NCBI GenBank assembly: GCA_040954595.2
Contig: CM082591.2
Location: 4,697,957 to 4,761,956, forward strand
Origin: Balanoglossus misakiensis
Taxonomy: Eukaryota; Animalia; Hemichordata
DNA length: 64,000 nucleotides
Reading direction: 5' to 3'
Numbering within the stretch: position 1 is the first letter of the stretch; every line of letters begins with the position of its first letter. Positions 50,017 to 62,478 of the stretch are shown in pieces. Both the position numbers and the translations under genes were made by a program. The notes below the pieces were generated by a model. That model had not been told where the DNA came from, made no database searches, and saw only the letters and a program-made list of their open reading frames with translations.

Positions 50017-52500
50017 TTTGTGTATAGTGACAAGGGGAATGTGGAAAAAAAATAATTGGAAAATCCAGGTAACACTAAACTGGCTTACTGCCCCTCATTA
50101 GAATAACAAAACCGCTAATGTGAGTGATTACATATAACTGTTTTAATTGCGTAACACTCGCGTCTTCCTTCACTGGGTGAATAGAATTCAACTGAACATT
50201 CATAATGTCTTCACACAACAGAAATATTTGATGTGTATCATTTTGCTGGAGTTTTGTATGAGAAGCTGGAAACCAAATTACTAGATGTAAAATCTTGATC
50301 GTTGGTATACTAGTAATTGAATTCTAGGATTTGAACTTACTGGTAGTGGTAGGTACTCCTTGATGCTGCAAATCAGCTGATAGTAGGTGATCGTGCGAGT
50401 ACAAAGTAATCAAAATTCGCGATTACGCGAATGCGCAACTTCACGCATCATAAAGTGGGGAGAATTTATACGTGCAGATATCTATGCTGAGATATCTCCG
50501 ATGCTTGGAGTTGCTACCCCCGTTTACAGCAGACGCCCAAACCAGCAGTTTTGAATGGGTGGTGAATCATTGCGGAAATGTGTTTGTCATTCCCTGGCCC
50601 GGTCAACCCATTAAAATCTACTCGAATTGAATTGCTGGTCTGATGCAAAGACGTTATCACAGTACCGTGCAGCAAGTTGAAAGAGAAGTATTCATATATC
50701 TGACTTCCACTGTGAGACTGACCCCAATACTTGCGTTTCTAGAGTCAATCTCGTGGGAAAATGCGTTTTCGATTTGAAATATTGTCAATTTAAATTTCTC
50801 TAAATCAGGTGAAACGGTGATTACTGATGAAAAGATGTTTAGAACTGCGACTGAGTTTTTAAATCAGGTTTAATTAATTAATTAAGGAACTGGGCGTTTA
50901 ATAATAAAATGGAGGCCTTGAAGTGAATGAAGCGTGGAATGGCCTTTTGAATAATTACCACTCACCCATGGCATGTAATACTAGTAATAATTTATTGGCT
51001 TCTGGTAGGAAAATATTCTGACATACATACATATGCCATGGTTAATTTAACAAAGAAGTCGTGTCCAGCACATTATTCATAGAAAATTAAAAACAACACT
51101 GAATTGTGACATTTTTAAATTAATATTAATAAGAAAACACTTTTTGACCAATAATGATAAATTCTGATATGCAAGGATTGATCATGATCATTCTAGACCG
51201 AACACTTCATGAAAATATCTGAGGGAAATGTCTCCCACAATCGGAAAGATCTTGTACAATATCTACAAATTATCATATGTCATGTGGCCAAAGATTAAAG
51301 TAGTCTAAGTCTGTAAACACTGGCTATCAGTCAGGGGTTGATGAGATGAAACTATCAGATGAGACCCAGTATATGATTAACAGTTCGGCACGAGTTCAGG
51401 ATACAGTGGTGAGTTTGTACACATGGTGAGATATCCTAAATGTATGTGATGTACATGTATATCTACATGTGCAGGTATGAGCTTAAATATAATTACATCT
51501 TACAAAGGTTACAGCATCTGGTTTGAAATCAGTGAATTTGTGTGATAATTGAGACAGCATTCCTGCACATCGACTAGCGTGCAGTGAGAGTCCCATAGTT
51601 CAGTGCACCGGGGCCGATAGGTGAACCCCGGAGATGCCAGAAGGGTGAGTCAATACGGCCGGAATTTCCATCACAATGGGTCCAAACTCGCCCGGAATGT
51701 TGGGCGATGAAAGGCTACCTGGTCAGACGTGATTGTCTGCCCGTGTTGACATACAGCAGGGTGTATTGTTTGCGAGGTTTTCTGTGTCACTTTGTTGATA
51801 ATCCTGGCGAATGTGGGGCCTGTAGTTAGTGCTTTGCAGGTGCGCCAGAGAAAGTAGGTGATGTGTGATGACCCAGTATTTCCTGTACATTGTCTTACAA
51901 ACTGTAAAAGACCTTGTAACTTGTCAAGCTAGCAGTGTTTACAAAGAATGCAAATTTCATCTAAAATAGTATGATTTTATGATTGATTATATTTGATTTG
52001 ATAGTGGAAGGACTGTGTTATAATGTAGGAAAGACACTTGTGTTTGAAAAGATCCTGGTCAGTGATCGTAAGCATTTATTATGTATCTGTGGTGAGTTTC
52101 ATAATCAATTTCGTGTTGTTACGTGGAATGTCTGGTTTCTACTACAGTAAGACCTCTCAAAAATCAACCTTCCTGGTTGATTGGTTGACGACGAATCCTT
52201 GGTCAAGTTCATGTACTTGCTTAAAATCAGAATATATACCTGAGCTGCCAAGTCTGTATATAGTTCACGGCCATTGCAGGGTTGACTAAACAGCTTCTTT
52301 TATGTAGTTATTGATCTGTTGGGACTAACTCCGATGGAACCCATTGTATGCTATTTTCACAGTGCAGTGAAGTAGCTGCCCCAGTTCTCTGTTGGCGAGT
52401 CACTTAAAATTATCTTATATCGTTAGTTAAAAAAAGCGTTCTATCTAAAATACATGTAGCAACGTGTTTTTTTATGTTTCTGTCTGTCTGTCTGTGTCTC

Positions 52501-52530
52501 TGTATGTATGTATGTATGTATGTATGTATG

Positions 52531-52561
<31 letters not shown>

Positions 52562-52714
52562 GTGTATGTGTGTACATGTATTTATATGTATATGTATGTG
52601 TGTATGTATGTATGTATGTATGTATGTATGTATGTATGTATGTATGTATGTATGTATGTATGTATGTATGTATGTATGTATGTATGTATGTATGTATGTA
52701 TGTATGTATGTATG
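52501..52714. repeat. (TATG)n microsatellite
   Basis: Directly visible, with one interrupted block. Confidence 0.97.
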
Positions 52715-55700
52715 TCTTTCGTGATTGACGTGAAATAAGAATGTGAGCTTGAAAAAAAATTGTCACATTGAGGTGGAATTCTTGAGGCACAAACCTTGCC
52801 TCAGGTGTAAAATAAAGATACAATGGGTGATCACATGACTGAAGTGCAGGGTCATGGGTCATCGGTTGACCTTTATTCACTCTGATTTATCGGCAACTCT
52901 TGTGTGCACAGAGATACAATGTAAATGGTGTTAGACAAAGCATAGCTGTATAACACCGCAACTCATGTATTTAGCACTCTGTACACAAACGCACTCATAC
53001 GTTGTACGTGAAGTGCTCTTCAGCAAACACTACATCGCAATTGACGTGCAAGCGACCATCCCAAATGCTTGCGTCGAGTCGAGTGGCTCCATCTGGGGCG
53101 AAATCTAGGTCAGAACGTATACAAACAATCAAATATGAAAAAGAACCACATGATTCTAACTCATAAGTTGTATGAAACGGGTCAAAGGTCAAATGATAAA
53201 AAAAACTTTATCTTCCAAATACGTAAAATGCTGTGCATATTTTGGCACATTTATGGAAGTCGTGGCAAATTTATGATTTTAATCGATTTTGCTAGAAGCG
53301 GTTTGATCCTATATAATTAAACTGCGTGAGTATAGATGATAAAGTGTCCAAGCGTTATCTCGGCCACACCTTCTGAAACAATATTTAATGTGTGTTCAGA
53401 TGATCCTGTCCGATTGGTTTGGGTCATGCTGCATTGCAGTGCGATGACGTTCACATTTAAATCAAATGCCTGATACAAGGATGTACGCCTGTGAAATATT
53501 TTCCTCATATTGTTCCTGTTCTTTTTGTGAGCGTTCATTGAAATTTTTATCAAGACGTACAAATATGTGCCGAGTGTACTCATGTCGTCATGGTGACATA
53601 TTTCTAGATATGACCAAAAAATCAGCCACAATTTGCTAAATTCACACTTTTGTTCATTCATTTTGTAAGAAATGTTGATGTTTACTATCCTAAAGAAATG
53701 ATGTCATAGGTCACCAGGGGGGTCAGAGTTCAAAGGGTTAAACTCACATTGTGTACATCATGTGTTTGGTATGTGTACAGGCCATTTAGTGTAAATAAAA
53801 TTCTGGATTGGTGGCTGTCACATTTTGTGATTAAACTTTTTATTGAAATGCTCTAAATCAAGTCATCGATGGCGATCGCCGATTGGCATTGGACCAAGGC
53901 TGTATTGAAATGTGATTATAGCCCAACTTAACTTTTAAACTGGGTCCAGTAACAAACCCTTTCATGTCCAGATAAATTAAAAGTAGATTAAATTTAATCA
54001 TCATATAAAACCTGTATGTACGGTACATATACACCTACTAGAAGCCAACATAAACTACATTGTATAAATCTATAAGTGGGCAACAAGAACAGCAAGTTGT
54101 ATTACATGATACGCAATAAATGAGATCAGCTACTTGACTGTATAGAGTTAAAACTGTAGGAGGCAGTTGGGAAATAGTAAATTGAGCTCTGATACTATGC
54201 ATGCGTATGGTCCAAGTGTGTAAATCTATACTTGCATAAAACTCAATATTGTCCCATTATGTTGCCTGTCATTACATTAATGCCATCGTTGGTAAGGTAC
54301 TTAAGGTTTTATTTCGATTGATTCATGCATGTGTCCGTTGAATGGAGCTTTGGGATTGAAGTGTTTGGGTCCAGTATGGATTCATTATCGATTGGCGCAA
54401 TTGTCATCAAGAGTGTGTAAATTTAATCTTCGGATGATTGTGTTGTTATAAAAGGGGGCTGGATTAACTTTGCGATGTGTATTGTGTGTGTGTGTGTGTG
54501 TGTGTGTATAGCCGAGGTATAGACATTTTTCTCCTTCACTACTCTGTGAGAAAAATAAATGGGAGTTTTACAGTAAGATTATTTCACTTTAGTTGTACGC
54601 AAGAATTGGCAACATCATATATCAGTGTTATCACAACATATTATCTCTGGCAAATGTGACATCATGCATATATCAATTTGTATGTTCAGTGTCCAATCTC
54701 CTACCATTACTACCACACATGGAGATCTCGTCAATATTTGTTTACTGTTACGGTGTCGATATAACTGTAATACGCCATTGATATGCGTCCTTATGGTGAT
54801 TGGTTGGTGTTGTTTACAATGATGATGTAATGTTGATCACAGGCACCTAAATGTATGTCAGTGCAGTGGTCCATTATTGTTGTCAGAAATGTCCAGTAGT
54901 ATTGTTGTAATTTGTAGTGCATCTATCACTGATAATAACATTCCATACAAGACAAAACTGGTTTCTGTAGCTTGAATCAAGGATTTTAGATTTGTGTCCA
55001 CGCCATTTTAAAGCCATTACTACATTTGGGCGAGATCTTTTCAGCCAACTGGGATAACCTTTGACCCTTGTTCAATTGATAATTTATCATTCCTCCAGTG
55101 CATTTGTACATGTAATGCCCTCTGCCTGTGTAAAAGGTCACACACGTTCTGTATTCCTGGTTTTATTTAAAGTCACAGCGATGCATTATTCTGTGTGAAT
55201 TTTTAATTTTTGAAGGTCACCTTCTACGTCAGTGGTTTAGTAATCATTGAATACGTTGGAAATTCTATGTGGTCTGTGTTGAAATCCACTAGTCTACATT
55301 TTAAGGTATTGTGTGGAGTGTGAAATTTTACTGTACGGTGAGTACGGTGCTTTTAGATTTTTTCTAAGGCGACTTGGGTCCTATTGGTTCTTGCGTGAAT
55401 GTGTCATTATTCCAGCAAAGTGCCATAAAGTGTTAACACTTACATAATTGGCAGTCGTTCATTTGTACAAGTGTACATTGTATTGTACATATGACCTGAA
55501 TCAGTGGTCGTCTTCCCATGGGGCCGTTTAGCAACCGTTCACTGTCGATACCAGTAATGGGAGATATCCGCCCACATCGTTTATCGCAAAGCTGCTGTGG
55601 TTAGCAGTTGAAAGATCTGTGTCAGTTGAAAAATTAAACAGCGGTATTTCGTGAGTGGTATTTTCAAGTACTGCACTTCTGGATAAACAGGGGACATAGC

Positions 55701-56435
55701 ACGTCTGTGAGATTCCCAACTAAAGGGTGTTTTACCATCAGCCATATACTCACACAGCCAAACAAATAGAACAGAATTTGTGCGTTTTTTGTGTGTGAAA
55801 CATCATAATGTACAATTGTTGCCTGAGCATTTTTGATGTTTGTCAGTTTCCATGGTGATGAATTACCAAGGAAACGCAGTCATTGGGTTTCTCTTGGACT
55901 ATAATTGCCACCACACGCAGCATGTCTAATTATTTCCTGTCGAAATGGGTGGGCATTGATGTACTGAAGCCTAGGATTGTTCGAATTGTACTGCATACCA
56001 CTAATTAACGTTAGACGGAAGAGTTGTTTACAAGTTTGGAGAGATTTTAACTGGCGTATTTTTCTTTAGAAATTTAGATCAAAATATGAGTAGAGCTTGA
56101 TGCCATTGTTAAAATAAAAATTGTTCTAAAAAAATTAAAATTAATTCATTCAATCAGCACTATGCAAAAACGACTTGGCCAAAAATTGCTTGATGATTTT
56201 TGTGCGTGATAATGGTCAGTTGTAAATATCTCAATCCCAAGTTTGAATTTTTCAAAATTTTACAAGATGACTGAAGCAGGTTACTAATCAAAATTAATAT
56301 TATACCATTGGACATAATTAATGAAATAGCAGGTAGGTTAAATGTTAAAAAAATAAATAATAAAGGAAATTATGTGTATGTTTTTTTCCAGGTTGAAATT
56401 TGACCATTTGATGGAGAGAACAGCATCGCACTAAG

Positions 56436-59400
56436 ATGTCACAGTACAGCGAAGACAACGTGGCCTCTCCCGGTACGGACTCCTTCTGGGAGATCGGAAA
56501 CTACAAGAAGACCGTCAAGAGGATCGACGACGGCAACAAATTATGCAACGATCTCATGGCTATGATCCAGGAGAGGAGTGAGATCGAAAAGGGCTACGCG
56601 AAACATTTGAAACAGTGGGCGAAGAAATGGAATGATCTTCTGGATAAAGGTGAGGAGAGAAAATGGTTGGAAATCTTGGTGCATTGCTTTGATTGACAAC
56701 AAGAGCCTGAATGTTTGAGGTTTGAAATGATCCCTTGACCATAGAGGGCGCTGTTTAGTCGAATCTATTTCCAGCAACCCCCCTAGTAAATACCCTGGAC
56801 AAATTTTCTAGTCCAAATTTTCATCGTCAGTGCATTACACAATGCTGGTATTACAAACCGCATCATTGTTGAACAGGAATGCATTTTAGTATATGAATTT
56901 TTGTGTCATTTATTTCACATGTATTTTCCTTTTATTATGTTATGGAGTCTAATATTTTCCTTGCACTCCCTCCTCCCAGGTCCAGAGTATGGAACCATGG
57001 CATCAGCCTGGAAAGCCGTGTTGACAGAAGCCGACAGAAAGTGCGACATCCATCTAGAAGTGAGAGAAAAACTGGTGACGGACGTCCACCAGAAGATCAA
57101 ACTCTGGCAGAAGGACAATTACCACAAGAAGATGCTCAGTTTTAAGGAAACTGTGGAAGCTGAAGAAGGATTCAAGAAGGTATTGATTTCATCATGTGAT
57201 TTGTTGAGTGTTTTTCAGCTAGTGTTTCCTCCAGGGGGCGATTTCCCCCTTTGATGACCTGATTGCACCCCTAGCAATCAGCCAAGGGGAGGGGGGGGGG
57301 GACCAGTGCCTCCTGAAAATGGTGCCAGTCATGGACCACTACGCAATGCATGATGGTATAATTTGCGTTCAACATAGCGTCTAGTACATGGCTAATTCAC
57401 GCGATCCAGATGCAAACTGTCCCACAACTCCCTGCGTTATTCTATCTGGGAAGTGGTCTATGGTAATACATAGTCCAAATGATATCAAATTTAGTACTCT
57501 TTAGTAAATAAATTATGTGAATGAATATTTTCTTTCGTGTATTCTTTGTAGGCACAAAAACCATGGACCAAGTTACTCGTCAAAGTGAATTCCACAAAAA
57601 AATCGTTTCATAACTCATGCAAGCTTGAGAAGTCGGCCATCAATGGAGAAAACAACGCCAAAGAAGACCCATCGTTATCACCGGACCATGTAAGTGCCAC
57701 CCTTTGACCCCCATTTCCCTGTGTAAGGGTCCAGTATTGCTATTGAAAACAATGGAGTTGGACCAAACCATTGCAGTGGGAGGGTAAACGATGTAATGTT
57801 CTCAGGGGTTTAACTGTACTGTTTTATTTGTCCCCCACTAACAGGTAAAGAAACTGCACGACAAGGTAGACAAATGCAAACACGACAAGATCAAAGCGAA
57901 AGAGAAATATGAGAAGGCACTGTCGGAACTTACAAACTACAATGCACGCTACATGGAAGACATGACGGCCCAGTTCAACAAGACGCAGGAATTTGAAGAG
58001 AAAAGACTCAGTTTCTTCAAGGAAGTGTTGTCAGATTTACACGCGCGGCTAGATCTATCGACTCAAGCAAAGTAAGTTATTAACCAAACCGAATTTTCCC
58101 TCCAAATTTTTTGTTCATCAGTAACATCTACCGTCAAGACAGAAAAAAATGAAGATAGGCAGGGTTCTGCCCAAGTTGACTTCAGTGCTGGCTACTCATT
58201 AATATTAATGCTCATGAATATTCATACTCATGAATATTCATGTTGTTGCAAGTTATACCCATTCATCAACGTATCAAGATGGGACAATAGACTGGATTTG
58301 TTTTTGCTAGCTTTTTCACTTGAGGGGGCCGGTCAGGCAGACCAGCATGGAGAGATCCCAGACTGTGTTCAATATGCAGACACAGAAAAGACACAGAGAG
58401 GGTGGATTTTGTCAATCATGGTGTTTTTTTTTCTACCAGTTTTACGCAGGTGTACCGCGACTTCATACAGACTGTCCAGAACGCAGACGCTGACAAAGAT
58501 TTGAAATGGTGGAAGAACACGCACGGCACTGGAATGGCGATGAATTGGCCGTCGTTTGAGGTAAGAGAGATTTCCTATACGATAGGCCGGCAAACTGTGT
58601 CACTAGTTTACTGTAAAACGGATTATTTTCGCGAGCAATAATTTTTCGCAAAATACGTGAAAATAAAAAGCCGTGTAAAAATGGTTTTCAGAGATAACGA
58701 TGCAGTGAAATACGAGAATTAATCCTCGCGTAACAGTTGGCTCTATCGCAATCGCAAAAATTTCCTGTTGCAAAAATAACCCGTTTTACAGTATCTATGC
58801 AATGATAAGAACAAATGCTGACAATGAGTTCAACATGATTCACACTTTGGAAATGAATTTGGCATGACTGATTTGGCCGTTATCCGTGAAAACTGTTTCA
58901 CAAATTCCTGACCTCTCAGGAACCTGTGACGCCAATGTTCTCCCCAGATAATCAGGAAGAAAACAATAGGAACTCATTATCATAACAATTATATGCATTG
59001 TTATGCAAATACTATATCTATTGTTGTCCAACCCACAGGAGTACTCTGAAGAGCTCCACTCGATCAGTTCCAAGAGGAGAGGCAAGGGCAACATCGGCGG
59101 CGGCGACGAAGTCATGCTGACCAACGCCTCGTTCAAGGGCAACTCGGAGTTCTCGGCGCACAGTGGCAGCGCGAACGATCCTGTTGTCCAACCAGTGGAC
59201 AGGTGAGTTGGTGGTGTGGAGTTATGGACTTTGCAGGAAAGCGATTGGCCGGGGAAAGTATGTTTGGAAAGGAGGATTGGACAACCTTCCATGTAGTGGA
59301 ATTTGAAAAGATGGATGGAGTTAATGATGGCTGCCTTATGCGCATCTTTCGGTGTTCAAAGCTTGGAATAGTTGTACGCTTCAATTCAAAACCAAAATAC

Positions 59401-61474
59401 GTAAATAAAAATAAAAATGCTTGTATACATGAATAAAAAATACATGCATTCCAAAATATGTATGTATAATATGAAAAAATGTACATGTATAATAAAATAT
59501 AATAAAAGTACTGTATTCCAAGCATTGATACACCCCTGATCTATCCCCTGCAGAACATTTTCTACAAACCACTGCTGGTAAATATTTTGATATTCCTACC
59601 TTTTGGCAGCTGCATTCCTTTCTATCTGTAACTGACCGTTCAACCTGGCTCCGGTCATAGGTCAGGTTGCAAAGGGCAGTGGCTTAAAGCAAAGTATAGT
59701 TCAATGCGTTTTGCGTTAAAAAAATTGACAAAGCCAGCTGTAGATGTCTGTTCTGGTAATTTCCGCGTCTTTCTCAATTTCTGACTTTGTGTGCAATTCT
59801 CCCTTCCAGTGAAAACATGCATGATATGAAATTTGTGAAAATCTACTAGTAGATTATTTTTTCTCCTGAGCAGCTGATGGTAGACATATCTTCTATTGTA
59901 CCAAGTACTTATTTTCAAAAGCATAAGAATTGGGTCATACGCAAACCGTATACGCATACAATATGTTATAACAGAGAGAGAGTTACTAAATTTCTTACAA
60001 ATCATACAATGAAAGGTCTCTGTTGCTTTGCACGGCGTCACAGTTTCATGTTAGCATGGGTTGGTGAAACACTCAATCTCACGGTCGCATTTTTCATTGT
60101 GTAACTATCGGGTTTCATTTCAGTTCAAGCATGTGTTCACGATATCTCACCTGCCACTTTTCTGTTCAATTTCCATTTTTCCATTAACACCCTCCATGCT
60201 GTGTATGTACATATGTGCGTGTGCGTCTGTACCTCCGTCGTCACAGCGGGTACCAGTCCTCGTCGCAAAGTCAGAGCCGCTTCAATGACTATATAGCCTA
60301 CACACAAACCTTCAGCCAGTCATCGCCCGAACCAGATAATGCTCCAAGGTCAGTTGTTATCTCCCTTGAAACAAGGTGCAAGTTTGCGTTGTGGCACTTG
60401 CATGCTAGCATGCGAGTAGCATTCCACTAGCATGCAAGTAGCATGCAGGTAGCTTGCTGTTAGCATTCGAGTAGCATTCGCTAGCATTCTGCTAGCATGC
60501 AAGTAGCATGCAGATAGCTTGCTGCTAGCATTCGAGTAGCATTCACTAGCATTCTGCTAGCATGCAAGTAGTATTCCACTAGCATGCTAGTAGCATTCTA
60601 CTAGCATTCAGATAGCTTGCTGCTAGCATGCAAGTATCTGACACTAATATGTAACCAACCAAACAACCAGCATGCACAGTCCTGTGCTGTGCTTGCCTGC
60701 AACATATCTTCCATGTAGTGTTTACTCAAGTGCGTATTGTGTGTATGGTGCTTGTCGTGTAGTCTGTCTGCATACATTGCTGATGTTATGTGTCAATATC
60801 AACATTTCCTTTATAAGGTGGTGGCCTAGTAAATTCATTGACATACCAAGACCAAAACATTCCCTATCCATCTTCTCTAAAGTCATGTAGATAATAACCG
60901 GTGTGGGGTAAAAATTACATGCTTGCTATCCGTGTGATTCTGTATTTTACATCAAGTTACTCTCAACAGTTCTGTCTGAAATTTATTATATCTACAACGT
61001 GTAATTAGATTAACGATGCAGTTAGTGAAATATGAGAACACCAAAATTAATCGTCGGGTAACAGTTGCCTCTTTTGATATCGCGAATATTTTGGTTTACA
61101 GTACTATTGTTTTCTCTGTGCCAATTTTCTTTTGTCGCAATGTAACTTGTTTTATGGTAGCCATGTTGTGTTGATCATGTGACTGTTTCTATGGCTCTGT
61201 ACTTTTCCAGGCTGTACAGCTGTTAGACCCAGCAATGGTCAATCAGTGTTTGTAGTATTAATGTTTGATCCTAATGTTTGTTTCTTCCTTTGCAGTAACA
61301 TGCAACACGAGGCGGAGTCCAATCCATTCAATGATGAGTGGGACGACCACGATGTCGTCGGTGTTCCTGTCAGAGCGCTGTACGATTACGAAGGCGCTGA
61401 AGAAGATGAACTCACTTTCAAAGCTGGTAAGATTTAGTGTGTGTTTGTGTTGTGTGTGCATGCTGGCATCATGC

Positions 61475-61518
<44 letters not shown>

Positions 61519-62045
61519 TCATGCATAGGGGGCTTCATGCATGTGTACTGTAAAACACTTTATTTTCGCGAGCAATTAATTTTTGCCAAATACGCGAGAG
61601 CCAAAATAGCGTGAATATAAAAAGTCACGTAAATTGTTTTTGAGAATAACAATGCAGTGAATGAAATAAGAGAACGCGAAAATTAATACTCGCGAGATGG
61701 TGGTCTCTCTCGATATCGCGAAAAATTTAACTCGCGAAAATAAAGTGTTGTACAGTATGTATGTATTATGTAAATTTTGTCTCTATAGCTGGCTATAAAG
61801 CTAAAGTCATGCAGGGTTTACAAAACTGGTCATCTCTAGTGAGAATTTACATGCGAAATGGATACAGGTAAATTCCAGAGAAGTCGACCAATGTTTTGAA
61901 AACTCTGACAAATTTTTGATTTCGTCCTTTCATTTCAGGTACTGTGTTCACAAAGCTGGAAGACGAAGATGAACAGGGCTGGTGTAAAGGCAGGATAAAC
62001 GGAAAAGAGGGCCTGTATCCGGCCAACTACGCGGAGGTCGTCTAG
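56436..62045 (+). CDS. PACSIN: PACSIN/syndapin (canonical F-BAR, NPF linker, SH3), 467 aa with or 433 aa without the cassette exon
   Basis: Exons 56436-56649, 56980-57179, 57552-57689, 57845-58071, 58440-58560, 59039-59202, 60247-60348 (cassette candidate), 61296-61426, 61939-62045 (TAG). [40 protein letters not shown]...AWKA, AEEGFKKAQKPW, YMEDM..F...[58 protein letters not shown]...[25 protein letters not shown]. Confidence 0.96.
57700..57784. mobile_element. About 85-bp piggyBac-like MITE, copy 8
   Basis: CCCTTTGACCCCCATTTCCCTGTGTAAGGGTCCA...AAACAATGG..TGGACCAAACCAT...GGG. Confidence 0.65.
58611..58791. mobile_element. TA-flanked MITE (CTGTAAAAC...TTTACAG), Tc1/mariner-type, copy A
   Basis: TA-CTGTAAAACGGATTATTTT ... 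AAAATAACCCGTTTTACAG-TA. Confidence 0.8.
60399..60635. repeat. Degenerate about 11-bp minisatellite (TAGCATGC / TAGCATTC units)
   Basis: Repeated CTAGCATGCAAG, GTAGCATTC and TAGCTTGCTG units with a higher-order period of about 65 bp. Confidence 0.85.
61477..61516. repeat. (GT)n microsatellite
   Basis: Directly visible; a shorter tract lies at 54483-54508. Confidence 0.95.
61548..61755. mobile_element. TA-flanked MITE, copy B (partial copy C at about 61008-61101)
   Basis: TA-CTGTAAAACACTTTATTTTCGCGAG ... CTCGCGAAAATAAAGTGTTGTACAG-TA; interior collinear with copy A. Confidence 0.8.
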
Positions 62046-62409
62046 TCTAGCGCCTGTCCCCTGTAGCACACTGCACCAGTCTGCACTCTCAAACGCCTAT
62101 GAACTTGTGTCAGGGTTTCTCACAAGATACACACCCTCCCCTTATAATCAGTGAAAGCAGCCCTTGTGTGTACATGACAATGAACAGGAATTTGATCAAT
62201 TGTATAATTATGATACACTTTATGCTTATGCTCTGCCGCAAGAATAAGACAATTACTGCTACCTCATCTTTATCCCACTTTGCACTCTTTGTCTGTCTGC
62301 CTGTCTCGCATACTAATACACCAACAAAATCTTGTACACAAAAATACATGCATGCATGCATACATATTATGTACATACGCATACATGCTCACACATGTAC
62401 ATGTGTAGT

Positions 62410-62478
62410 TACATACATACATACATACATACATACACACACACATACATACACACACACATACATACACACACACAT
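62410..62478. repeat. (CATA)n/(CA)n repeat in the PACSIN 3'UTR
   Basis: Directly visible. Confidence 0.9.

Noticed and set aside
52410-52880. YIHT and MYVC repeat ORFs (also 62099-62598)
   Set aside because: Translations of (TATG)n and (CA)n microsatellites.
61211-61237. Potential extra micro-exon in the PACSIN linker after ttttccag
   Set aside because: It has an in-frame TAG in the required phase and a weak donor.
62043-62066. Stop-codon readthrough at PACSIN TAG TCTAG
   Set aside because: It is not the TGA-CTAG readthrough context and would add only a few residues.
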